NCBI GenBank assembly: GCA_965214935.1
Contig: CBDCCS010000021.1
Span: forward strand, 239,089-303,088
From: Candidatus Velthaea sp.
GTDB lineage: Bacteria > Vulcanimicrobiota > Vulcanimicrobiia > Vulcanimicrobiales > Vulcanimicrobiaceae
DNA length: 64,000 nucleotides
Direction of reading: 5' to 3'
The notes below the pieces were generated by a model. It saw only the letters and a list, made by a program, of their open reading frames with translations, searched no databases and was not told where the DNA came from. Both the position numbers and the translations under genes were made by a program. Position 1 is the stretch's first letter, and every line of letters begins with the position of its first letter. Of the stretch, positions 37,783-46,502 are shown one piece after another.

Positions 37783-37892
37783 AGCAGTCCGATGAATTTA
37801 CTTGTGATGCGGCCGTTCGCTGATTCGGTGTAATCGAACATTTCGGTAGCGAACCGGAGCAGCGATCGGAACTTCGTCGTGATCGATTGCAT
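37779..37892 (-). CDS. Candidate 37-aa protein, convergent with the imuA'-like gene
   Basis: GGAGG (37905-01) lies 8 nt upstream of ATG 37892. Product MQSITTKFRSLLRFATEMFDYTESANGRITSKFIGLL*. Its TAA stop (37781-79) overlaps the imuA'-like TAG (37780-82). Confidence 0.4.
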   Translation of the reverse strand: MQSITTKFRSLLRFATEMFDYTESANGRITSKFIGLL

Positions 37893-37945
37893 TCGCGATG
37901 CCTCCAGAAAAGCCGATACGCGTAAGTCGCGTACGGCGTAAGGTG

Positions 37946-37973
37946 ATTATAGTCTATCGGGCGCGGTCGTCAA
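37946..37973 (-). promoter_or_regulatory. Near-consensus sigma-70 promoter for the 37-codon ORF
   Basis: On the minus strand: TTGACG (37973-68), a 16-nt spacer, then TATAAT (37951-46). The predicted ~45-nt leader contains the hairpin TACGCG-N5-CGCGTA (37917-33). Confidence 0.4.
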
Positions 37974-38247
37974 TTGCATCGGCCTTTTTGATAAAAATTT
38001 AACCAAACGTTGAGAAAGCAGTCGGCCCGGAACTTGTCTAGCGAGGTTATGAATAGCTTAAACTCTCGGACGCAGTACGTACATCTCCCGCAATACGGAC
38101 ACGGGAAGTTCGACGTGCAAGCACCGCCGCATACCGCTACGATGCTCGCGAGCAAGACCATCGACAGGCTTCGGACTTGTTTAGACGAGTTCGGTCATAG
38201 CGGCGTTTTATCAAACCGGAATACGCTCGGGACATCATGGCACCGCA

Positions 38248-38276
38248 TTGACATCGAACGTATGTTCGATTAGGAT
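38248..38276 (+). promoter_or_regulatory. Second copy of the promoter plus LexA-box module, upstream of the imuB-like gene
   Basis: TTGACA (38248-53), a 17-nt spacer, then TAGGAT (38271-76). The spacer holds TCGAAC-GTAT-GTTCGA (38254-69). The ATG follows 9 nt after the -10 with no SD. Confidence 0.7.
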
Positions 38277-38285
38277 GATGGTCCT

Positions 38286-39773
38286 ATGGCGATCGTCTGC
38301 GTTCTCGTCCCGGCATTTCGGCTGGGTGTCGCCCGGCTGGCCGATCCGGCCGTTCCGGTCGACGGGCCCGTTCTCGTCGCCGATAAAATCGAGCGCGGCC
38401 GCGTCGTCGAATGTTCGCCGGTTGCCGCAGCACTCGGCGCGCGACCCGGAATGACGCTCGTCCAAGCGCAAGCCGCAGCCCGCGATGCGCGCGTCGTCGT
38501 CGACGATCCGCGCCGTGACGTCGAGGTTTGGCAGGCAATGCTCGATGCGCTCGATGCCGCCTCACCGCTTATCGACGATGCCGGGCTCGGCTGCGCGTTT
38601 TTAGAGATGCAGGGAATCACCGGCGGCACCGCGGGCTGGCTGGCAGCCGTGCGCAGTGCGCTGGCCGGCTTCGATCTACCGCTGCGCTTGGGCTTGGCGG
38701 CGAATCCATTTGTTGCCCGAGCAGCGGCCCTCGTGCATGACGGTGCGACGATCGATGCGGCGGAAGCCGCTGCGTTTCTCGCGCCGTTACCGCTCGAAAC
38801 ACTCGAGCTCGATCCAGCGACGATCGAACGGCTCGTAATTTTAGGCGTTCGTACGTTAGGTGAACTTGCCGCGTTGCCGCATGGGCCTTTCGTGCGCCGC
38901 TTCGGCACGCCGGCCGCGCTGTGGCACGACCGCGCGCGCGGTATCGATCCGCGGCCGCTGCGGCCGCGCACCCATGCCGTGCGGATCGATCGGACGCTCT
39001 ACGGCGAAGGGACGGCGACAACGGAGGAACAGGTGCTCTTCGCGCTGCGCACCCTAGTCGGCCGAGTTGTCGACGATCTGGGTCTGGCGGGGAAGCGGTG
39101 CGGTGCCTTGCTGCTGAGTTTAGAGTGTGAAGACGGCGACGTGCATGAAATAGCGACGCGCGTCGCTCAACCAACCGCGCAACCGGCGACGTTGTTCGAG
39201 TTGCTTCGTGCGCGCTTAGACGGCGTTGTTTTGCGCTCGCCGGTCAGCGGGCTACGGTTAGGGGCGCAACAATTAGAAGACGGCGGCGTGCAGATCGCGC
39301 TATTCTCGGGCAGCGACCCCGACCCCGACGCTCTCGGCATCGCGCTGGCGCGGCTCGATGCGGCACTGGGCGAACATCACGCGATGCGGGCGCGCGTTAC
39401 CGACGGAGCCCGGATCGAGCAACGCTTCGCCCTCGAAACGTTCAGTCTCGAACCGCTCGTTAGCCGAACGTGGCCCGGCACGCCGGAGGTATCGGCGTTA
39501 CCGGCCTCGGCCACGATGCAATTCCGGCCGATTGAACCGGTACCGATCAGCGTCGGCTTGGGCGCCGGTTTGCCGCGCTTCGTCGGTTCGCCGCCGCAGC
39601 CGGTGCTCGACGTTGCCGGTCCGTGGCGCGTAAACGAAGGCTGGTGGACGCGTGCGACCGGCGGCGGCACACCGCTCGTGCGCGATGAATACGACGTGCT
39701 GCTCGCCGACGGCGCGCTGCTCCGTATCGCCCGCGAAGGCACCGCCTGGAGCATGCGCGGCGTGTATGATTGA
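38286..39773 (+). CDS. imuB: ImuB-like Y-family polymerase homologue (catalytically degenerate)
   Basis: 495 aa with the Y-family fold (GARPGMTLVQAQAAARDARVV ... GLGCAFLEMQGITGG ... LETLELDPATIERLVILGVRTLGELAALP). The N-terminus MAIVCVLVPAF lacks the DxD catalytic acidic pair, as in ImuB. Confidence 0.85.
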   Translation: MAIVCVLVPAFRLGVARLADPAVPVDGPVLVADKIERGRVVECSPVAAALGARPGMTLVQAQAAARDARVVVDDPRRDVEVWQAMLDALDAASPLIDDAGLGCAFLEMQGITGGTAGWLAAVRSALAGFDLPLRLGLAANPFVARAAALVHDGATIDAAEAAAFLAPLPLETLELDPATIERLVILGVRTLGELAALPHGPFVRRFGTPAALWHDRARGIDPRPLRPRTHAVRIDRTLYGEGTATTEEQVLFALRTLVGRVVDDLGLAGKRCGALLLSLECEDGDVHEIATRVAQPTAQPATLFELLRARLDGVVLRSPVSGLRLGAQQLEDGGVQIALFSGSDPDPDALGIALARLDAALGEHHAMRARVTDGARIEQRFALETFSLEPLVSRTWPGTPEVSALPASATMQFRPIEPVPISVGLGAGLPRFVGSPPQPVLDVAGPWRVNEGWWTRATGGGTPLVRDEYDVLLADGALLRIAREGTAWSMRGVYD

Positions 39774-39777
39774 CGGA

Positions 39778-41310
39778 CTAGGCCGGGACCCGGTCGATCC
39801 GGCCGTCGAGACGTCGCGCAGTGAATCCGATCAGGCAACCGCTCTCGAATAGTGCCAGCAGCGTTGCTCCGATCAGCCCCGTTTGTAACGCACGAAAGAC
39901 ACCCGAAACGAGATAGACGCTCACGGGTGGAACCAATAAAAGCAGCGCTGTAAAGGAACGCAGCGCGACGATCGGACCGCGCTGATCGGCGACATTGGGA
40001 AACAGCGCGAAAGCAGCAAAGCCGGTCGCCGTGATAAGCATGATGAGCGCCGGTAAACCGAGCTCGAAAAGCATGATGCGATCGAGCGATCCGCCGCCGA
40101 GCGCAAAACCTGCGCCCAGGAGCATCGACGCAAGCGCGCGTTGCCAAATTTGGCTGAATGCAAATCCGCATAAGCGCGCAAACAACGTATCCGGGGCAAG
40201 CCAAAATAACGGACGCCGTAATTCGATTGCAAGGCGGAGCGCAACCTGCGAGCCGCTCAAAACCAACAGGTTCGCCGCTAATCCCAAGGCGGCGAAGAAG
40301 ATATCGTCGTGCGACCGGAACTGGCGTGCAGCCGCAACTCCAAGGATCACGAGCCCAAATGCGCCCGCGGCGGCATAGGCGGGTCGAACGGCGCGCCGGA
40401 ATTCAACCGCCGACTTCCACACGAATGCCAGCGCGCCCGGCGCGGGAATCGCGATTGCCGGTCGGCGCATAGCGCCGGTACCCCGTGCAGCCGGGCGACG
40501 TGCGAATTCACGTAATTCCAAGCGTGCAACGGCAAAGGCATAGAATTCCGGGTACGCATCGCGTCCGGCGACGGCGAGTGCAACAACTCCGCCAATCGCA
40601 CTTGCCGCGACACCGGCAAAGGCCCGCGGATCGGGTGAAAGCAGGATGCTGCCGGGATGCCAGGGCGGGATCACTGTGACGATCCACCTTGCCGGCGCGG
40701 CCGGAACGAACGCCGGCAACTGCACGACGAGATCGCGCACCATCGGCGCCGCGGCAGCAAGAGCGACCGGAATGCCGGCAATCGCGCCGACAAGACCCGC
40801 GCACATCCCAAGCAGCCGGCGCAAAACAGCGAGCGTCGCCCCGGCGATAAAGAGAACGATGCCCAGCGCGAGATCGGCGCATGCCGCCGACAGTCCGAGG
40901 CTGCGCGGCGCTAAAATGAAAACGACATAGACAAAGACGAATGAATATCGCAACGCCGCGCTGAGCGCTTCGCGTACTTGCAGATACGCAATGGCGACCG
41001 GCGCTCGAACCGGCGAACCGATGATGAACCGCGCTTCAACGCGCGTCCGGAAAAGGGCGATCGCGGGCCGGCCGGAGATCAGCGAATAGATAAACGTCAC
41101 GAGCACCGAGCACACGACATAATCCGCGCCTGCCGCGAGGCGCGTTGAATCAGCCGAACGGCCGACGAAAGCCCGGCTAACCGATAAGATCACCACGCTT
41201 AGCGCGTACAAGAACCACAATGCGGTGCGGCCCGGCGACCGCAGGATGCGGCGTACATTCGTGCGCAGCGCACACCAGTCGGCGAACGTCAGGGCCGCAA
41301 TGTCCCTCAT
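39778..41310 (-). CDS. Polytopic membrane protein, putative ABC exporter permease
   Basis: 510 aa with more than 10 hydrophobic helices. ATGA overlap with the upstream ABC ATPase. Confidence 0.6.
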   Translation of the reverse strand: MRDIAALTFADWCALRTNVRRILRSPGRTALWFLYALSVVILSVSRAFVGRSADSTRLAAGADYVVCSVLVTFIYSLISGRPAIALFRTRVEARFIIGSPVRAPVAIAYLQVREALSAALRYSFVFVYVVFILAPRSLGLSAACADLALGIVLFIAGATLAVLRRLLGMCAGLVGAIAGIPVALAAAAPMVRDLVVQLPAFVPAAPARWIVTVIPPWHPGSILLSPDPRAFAGVAASAIGGVVALAVAGRDAYPEFYAFAVARLELREFARRPAARGTGAMRRPAIAIPAPGALAFVWKSAVEFRRAVRPAYAAAGAFGLVILGVAAARQFRSHDDIFFAALGLAANLLVLSGSQVALRLAIELRRPLFWLAPDTLFARLCGFAFSQIWQRALASMLLGAGFALGGGSLDRIMLFELGLPALIMLITATGFAAFALFPNVADQRGPIVALRSFTALLLLVPPVSVYLVSGVFRALQTGLIGATLLALFESGCLIGFTARRLDGRIDRVPA

Positions 41311-42035
41311 TGCATGTAGCGGATCGCACGCGTTAAGTCGAGGAACACATCTTCGAGCGTGCCGCTTCCCAAGGAGCGAATCTCGGCAATCGTCCCGCTG
41401 GCAACATTACGGCCGTCGTTGACGATGACGACGCGATCGCAAAGCGACTCGGCGGCTTCAAGTTGATGGGTGCTAAGCATGATGGCCGCGCCGCCGGCCC
41501 GCAATTCGCGCAATAGCGCTCGTAGCTCGTGCTGTCCGAGCGGATCGAGCCCGATCATCGGCTCATCGAGCAGGAGGACCGGTGCACCGGCTAAGAGCGT
41601 TGCGGCAATTAATGTTTTCTGCCGCATCCCTTTCGAGAGTTCGCTGCCGAGCGCAGACCGGGCGTCATCTAATTCAAAGCGCTCGAGCAATGCTCGGGCT
41701 TGCATTTCCCAGCCCGTTGCAAGCCGGCACAGACGCGCAACGAAACCGAGATGTTCCCAGACGGTCAATAGCGGATAGACGTCGGGCGTCTCGGGAACGA
41801 GCGAGATGAGGCGGCTGCGCTCCGGGCCGACAAGCGCACCGCGAAATCGAACGCTGCCGCCGTCGGCCCGCAGCAACCCGCTCAAAATCCCGAATGCCGT
41901 CGACTTGCCCGCGCCGTTCGGACCGATAAGCCCGACGATTTCGCCGACGTCGAGTGTAAACGAAAGATCGTGCAATGCCACTTTACGGTCGAACCGTTTC
42001 GCGAGATGGTCGACGACAAGGGCGGCTTCGGGCAT
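41307..42035 (-). CDS. ABC transporter ATP-binding protein
   Basis: Walker A GPNGAGKST, signature LSKGMRQKTLI, Walker B VLLLDEPMIGLD, H-loop LSTHQ. Confidence 0.9.
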   Translation of the reverse strand: MPEAALVVDHLAKRFDRKVALHDLSFTLDVGEIVGLIGPNGAGKSTAFGILSGLLRADGGSVRFRGALVGPERSRLISLVPETPDVYPLLTVWEHLGFVARLCRLATGWEMQARALLERFELDDARSALGSELSKGMRQKTLIAATLLAGAPVLLLDEPMIGLDPLGQHELRALLRELRAGGAAIMLSTHQLEAAESLCDRVVIVNDGRNVASGTIAEIRSLGSGTLEDVFLDLTRAIRYMQ

Positions 42036-42103
42036 TGTGGGCGGATTCCGGTGCGGGGACGCCGGTTCTTCTTCGGCTTACCGTGCGCGGAACCGGCGAT
42101 GCG

Positions 42104-42916
42104 ATGCCGGAAAGCTCCGCGGTGCTCATCGCTCAGATTACCGATACGCATATCACCGTCGACGGGCGACAAGCACGCGATCTGGCCCGCATTTTCGCCG
42201 AACTCAATGGGCGCGATCCGCGTCCGGATCTTATACTGCTCAGTGGAGACACGGTCGACTCAGGCCGCGTCGAGCAATATCGCGCCCTGCGCGATCTCAT
42301 CGCGCAAAGCGCGATCGAGGTGTTCGTCGTACCCGGCAATCACGACCGGCTTCCGGCGCTGTTGGCAACGCTTGTCGCCAAACAGTATCCGCGCCTTACC
42401 GCCGGCTCGATGAATTACGTGCTCGACGACTTTCCGGTCCGCATCATTGCGCTCGACACGACCGCGCCGGGCCGGCCGGGCGGTATTTTGGACGACGCGC
42501 GACTCGGATGGCTCGACCGCCGTTTAATCGAAGCGCCGGGACGGCCGGTGTTGATCTTCATGCACCATCCACCGTTTCGGACCGGCGTAAATTTAGCCGA
42601 CCTTTTCGGTTTTGCCGGGGCGCGCCGTTTCGCTGCGCTGCTCGAGCGTCAGCCGAACGTTCGGCGGGTTGTTGCCGGCCACGTTCACTGCCGGCGAAGC
42701 ACGATCATCGGTACGACGCTCGTGACGACGGCAATCAGTACGACGCCGCAATACGTACCCGAAGTATTCGAGCGCCGCTTGATCGGCATGCGCCCGGAGC
42801 CGGCGGGTTTCACCTTGCATGCCTGGCAAAGCACCGAGTTCAGAAGCACGACGTACATCGCAGACGAAGCCGGTGACTTCATCGCCGCGCCAGACGCCAT
42901 CACTGCGCATAGCTGA
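42104..42916 (+). CDS. Metallophosphoesterase (CpdA-like phosphodiesterase)
   Basis: About 270 aa from ATG 42104. Motifs IAQITDTHI, LLSGDTVD, VVPGNHDR, IFMHHPP. Confidence 0.85.
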   Translation: MPESSAVLIAQITDTHITVDGRQARDLARIFAELNGRDPRPDLILLSGDTVDSGRVEQYRALRDLIAQSAIEVFVVPGNHDRLPALLATLVAKQYPRLTAGSMNYVLDDFPVRIIALDTTAPGRPGGILDDARLGWLDRRLIEAPGRPVLIFMHHPPFRTGVNLADLFGFAGARRFAALLERQPNVRRVVAGHVHCRRSTIIGTTLVTTAISTTPQYVPEVFERRLIGMRPEPAGFTLHAWQSTEFRSTTYIADEAGDFIAAPDAITAHS

Positions 42917-43063
42917 ACGAATGAACGGCGCGCGTTGCAACAGGCGAACCTCATGCGAGCCGTAGCCGCCTTGATCGAGAACGGCTTCGACTCGACCTAA
43001 CGCTCTGGCAGCCCGGCGGATCGGCCGACGTTCATCTCTACCGCTACAAAGCGGTCGGAGCTC

Positions 43064-44038
43064 TCAGGCCAAATACGGCTCGTCCGGAACAACCGGCGCG
43101 AGAATGTCATCCATGCGCGCAAAAATAGCCGGATCGACGTTGAGTACGGCCGCCGCCGCGTTATCGTCGATTTGCTCGGGCCGGGTGGCCCCGACGATCA
43201 CCGCTGAAACGACTTCATCGCGCAAACACCAAGCTAAAGCCAACTGCGCAAGCGAGCAACCCGCTTCGCTCGCCAGCGGCAAAAGCTTCTGCACCGCATC
43301 GAGCACCGGTTGCTCGAAATAGCGATCCATCATATCGGCTGACGGACCGGCAGCGCGCGTTCCGGCCGGCGGCCGCTTGGCGTCGGTATACTTACCGGTA
43401 AGAATTCCCATTGCCAGCGGTGACCATACGACGTTACCGACACCATAGTCACGGCAGGTCGGCAGAACGCGCGACTCGATGCGGCGCCACAAAGCGCTAT
43501 ATTGCGGCTGATTGCTTACCGGCTCCGCCCAGCCGCGAGCCCGGCAAAGATCCACGGCAGCACTAATTTGATCGGCCGTCCATTCGGACACGCCCCAGTA
43601 TAAGATCTTACCGGCGCGTACGAGGTCGTTCATGGCAGCACACGTTTCATCGAGCGGTGTCCGTACGTCATAGCGATGGCATTGATAGAGGTCGATATAC
43701 GACGTTCCGAGCCGCGCGAGACTGCGATCGATCTGCTCGCGAATGTGTTTGCGCGATAAACCCCGGTCGTTCGGGCCGTCGCCCATAGGAAAGAATACTT
43801 TCGTCGCCAGTACGATGTCATCGCGATCGATTTGAGCGATCGCGCGACCGACGACTTCCTCGGCCCGGCCGCGCGCGTACACGTTCGCTGTGTCGAAAAA
43901 ATTAATGCCGCAGTCGAAAGCACGTGCGATACAAGCACGTGCCGAAGCTTCTTCAACGGCCCCGCCGTACGTAAGCCACGAACCTAAACCGATAACCGAT
44001 ACATTGACGCCCCAGCGTCCGAGTTTCCGATAACGCAT
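43064..44038 (-). CDS. Aldo/keto reductase
   Basis: 324 aa from ATG 44038. MRYRKLGRWGVNVSVIGLGSWLTYGG ... FFDTANVYARGRAEEVVG ... IDLYQCHRYD. Confidence 0.9.
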   Translation of the reverse strand: MRYRKLGRWGVNVSVIGLGSWLTYGGAVEEASARACIARAFDCGINFFDTANVYARGRAEEVVGRAIAQIDRDDIVLATKVFFPMGDGPNDRGLSRKHIREQIDRSLARLGTSYIDLYQCHRYDVRTPLDETCAAMNDLVRAGKILYWGVSEWTADQISAAVDLCRARGWAEPVSNQPQYSALWRRIESRVLPTCRDYGVGNVVWSPLAMGILTGKYTDAKRPPAGTRAAGPSADMMDRYFEQPVLDAVQKLLPLASEAGCSLAQLALAWCLRDEVVSAVIVGATRPEQIDDNAAAAVLNVDPAIFARMDDILAPVVPDEPYLA

Positions 44039-44055
44039 GACCGACGGCGTTCGGC

Positions 44056-44553
44056 TTACACGCGCGGTAACCCGCGCAGCAACCAGCGTTCGAGATACCG
44101 CAGCCAGCGCGTATTGAGCGGATCGTGACGCACGAGCGGTTCGACGAGAATTGCCGATAAGCCGAACAACCGCGCGCCCAAGATGTCGGTGAACAGTTGA
44201 TCGCCGACAACGACGACGGCCGCGCGCGGCAGTTCGAGCACACCGAGCGCGCGGCGAAAGCCGGACGGCAGCGGCTTGCGCGCGTTGGCGATACATGGAA
44301 TGCCGAGGTTGCGTGCGACGTCTTTGGCCCACGGCGTTGCGTTATTGGTTACCATGACGACCTGCACGCCGCGCTCGCGAGCCGCAACGATCCAACGTGC
44401 ATCGCGATCGTCGGGGGCGAGTTGCCGATAGCCGACGAGCGTGTTATCGAGATCGATGATCACGCCGCGCAATCCATTCGCGGCAAGGTCTTCGAATTTG
44501 ATATCGGCGACGCGCGGCGCGTACATGGTGGGCCACCACCAGCGCCGCCTCAT
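44056..44553 (-). CDS. YqeG-family HAD phosphatase (subfamily IIIA)
   Basis: GVIIDLDNTLV ... VVMVTNN ... KPLPSGF ... VVVVGDQLFTDILGA. ATG 44553 overlaps the upstream stop (ATGA). ATG 44526 is an alternative start. Confidence 0.8.
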   Translation of the reverse strand: MRRRWWWPTMYAPRVADIKFEDLAANGLRGVIIDLDNTLVGYRQLAPDDRDARWIVAARERGVQVVMVTNNATPWAKDVARNLGIPCIANARKPLPSGFRRALGVLELPRAAVVVVGDQLFTDILGARLFGLSAILVEPLVRHDPLNTRWLRYLERWLLRGLPRV

Positions 44554-45464
44554 ACGACCGGAGCGTAGACGGAGATTGCGTGCGGCACAACTTTGAATTC
44601 AGCCGGCGTACGTGTCGCCGGTTCACCGTCGGCAAACACTTGATGCCGATGGCGGCCCCGCACGACGAACCGGCGGCCGCGCAATGTCTGAACGCCGTGC
44701 GCCGACGGGAAGCGTTTGAGTGCGACCGCGGCGATGATTTCAAACGGCTCCCACCAGTGCGTCAACGCGATACTATACAAATCGAGCGTTCCATCATCGA
44801 TCCGCGCCTCCGTGTTTTCAACCACACCGCCGAAACGGTAACTGTTCGCAACGGTCAATTGCATCGTCGTTAGTGCCGTACGCTCACCATTTTCTAACTC
44901 GACTTCGAGATGGTAGGGCCGCAGCGAACGCCAGGCGCGAAGCGTCGCTAGCGGAATTGCCAGCATGCCCCAACGATTTTTCACCTCGCCGGTCTGTTCT
45001 TGCGCGACATGCGTCGATAGACCGATGCTCGCTTCGTTAAAGAACCAAAAACCGTTAACGTTACCGACATCGATTTGGCGCGGAGCACCGGTATCGAGCA
45101 GCGCACAGGCAGCGTTGATATCGAGCGGAATCGCCAAGGTCCGAGCCAGTTCGTTGATCGTTCCTAACGGCAGAATCAGCAGCGGCACGCCGACGGTCCG
45201 CAGTCCGCCGATTGCCGAAATGAGCGTGCCGTCGCCGCCGCCGATGGCGACCGTATCGACACGTCCGCGATGCGCGACGATCGCGCGTTCGAGGTCGGCA
45301 GCCCGGCGCGTGTCCGCAACGATAACGTCATGGCCCTGCGCACGTAAACGCAAGAGCGCCGCATCGCGGGCATCGCGTCCGCGCCGGGCACGCACGTTGA
45401 CGGCTAAGAGGATTCGCTGAGCCACGCCCGGTGCGTACCCGCCGGACCTATCGTTGAAGCCCAA
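44550..45464 (-). CDS. Diacylglycerol kinase family lipid kinase (YegS/BmrU-like)
   Basis: 304 aa. ...VDTVAIGGGDGTLISAIGGL ... LLILPLGTINELARTL. Confidence 0.85.
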   Translation of the reverse strand: MGFNDRSGGYAPGVAQRILLAVNVRARRGRDARDAALLRLRAQGHDVIVADTRRAADLERAIVAHRGRVDTVAIGGGDGTLISAIGGLRTVGVPLLILPLGTINELARTLAIPLDINAACALLDTGAPRQIDVGNVNGFWFFNEASIGLSTHVAQEQTGEVKNRWGMLAIPLATLRAWRSLRPYHLEVELENGERTALTTMQLTVANSYRFGGVVENTEARIDDGTLDLYSIALTHWWEPFEIIAAVALKRFPSAHGVQTLRGRRFVVRGRHRHQVFADGEPATRTPAEFKVVPHAISVYAPVV

Positions 45465-45537
45465 TTTGCTTCACCGGTTCAATTCGTCGAGGGTTACGCC
45501 GAGCAGCGTTCAAAGCGCTGCAAGCCACTTTTTGCCC

Positions 45538-46424
45538 ATGCAGGTTATCGGAAAATAGCTAACTACGACGTTGTTTGGGTCGACACGTTCACCGCAACTC
45601 CGCTTGCCGGAAACGCTTGTGCCGTGCTGGTCGATGCGCGCGGTCTCGAGGGTCCGGCGATGCAGGCCGTCGCGCGTGAATTCAATCTTTCCGAGACGGC
45701 GTTCGTCTTTCCATCCGATCAAGCCGACTTCTCCGTTCGCTATTTCATGCCGGTCGGCGAGATACCGCTGGCCGGTCATCCGACGATCGCCACCACCCAT
45801 GCACTCTGTGAGATCGGTAAGATTAGCGGCGATTGCACCGCAATTACACTGCAGATGCCGGCCGGCATCATCCCCGTCGCGATCGATCGTGCGGCGGGCG
45901 CACCGCGTTACGCAATGTCGCAACCCGCACCGCAATTCTTATCCAGCCGGAAGCGCGGCGCAATCGCCAAGGCACTCGGTCTGCAGAAAAAAGATCTGCT
46001 GGACTGCGTGCCGCAAGTGGTTTCGACCGGGACGCCGCAACTGCAGATCGCCTTGGCGTCGCTGGCGGCACTCGATCGCATCGCGGTCGATCGCGAACTG
46101 CTCTTTCCGGCGGCACGCGATTTCCTGAGCGCTCACATTTTTGCGCGCGCCGACGACGAATACCGGCTGCATGCGCGGCATTTCGCCGACGTCGGCGACG
46201 TGCTGGAAGATCCGTTCACGGGTTCGGCAACGGGCGGAATGGCAGCCTACTGCGCGCGCTACGGCATCGTCACCGAATCTCGCTACCGGGTCGCCCAAGG
46301 CATGCACGTTAACCGTCCGGGTGTCGCCGACGTCGAGGTAAGCGGAACCGCGCCGGATCGGATCGGCCGGATTACCGTCGCAGGCAATGCAATCACGGTT
46401 TTACGCGGGACCCTCAGCGTGTAA
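45538..46424 (+). CDS. PhzF-family isomerase, with an apparent frameshift or non-canonical start in the first 7 codons
   Basis: Conserved N-terminal strand ...YDVVWVDTFTATPLAGNACAVLVDA lies in-frame upstream of the first canonical start (GTG 45624). No ATG/GTG/TTG precedes it in that frame. ATG 45538 (MQVIGK-TAG) is one base out of frame across the run AAAA 45552-55. Confidence 0.75.
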
Positions 46425-46502
46425 GCTGCACGCGCCGGCCAAAGGGTTTCCCACTTTCCGGCCAAAGGCGCGGAGATGACGGCCGCGCCGCTTCTCTAAC
46501 CG

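Noticed and set aside
37831-37866. TCGAACATTTCGGTAGCGAAC: two CGAAC half-sites that might form another LexA box.
   Set aside because: It is not an inverted repeat, because the second half is CGAAC rather than GTTCG. It is interpreted only as a degenerate relic of the SOS module, not as a functional operator.
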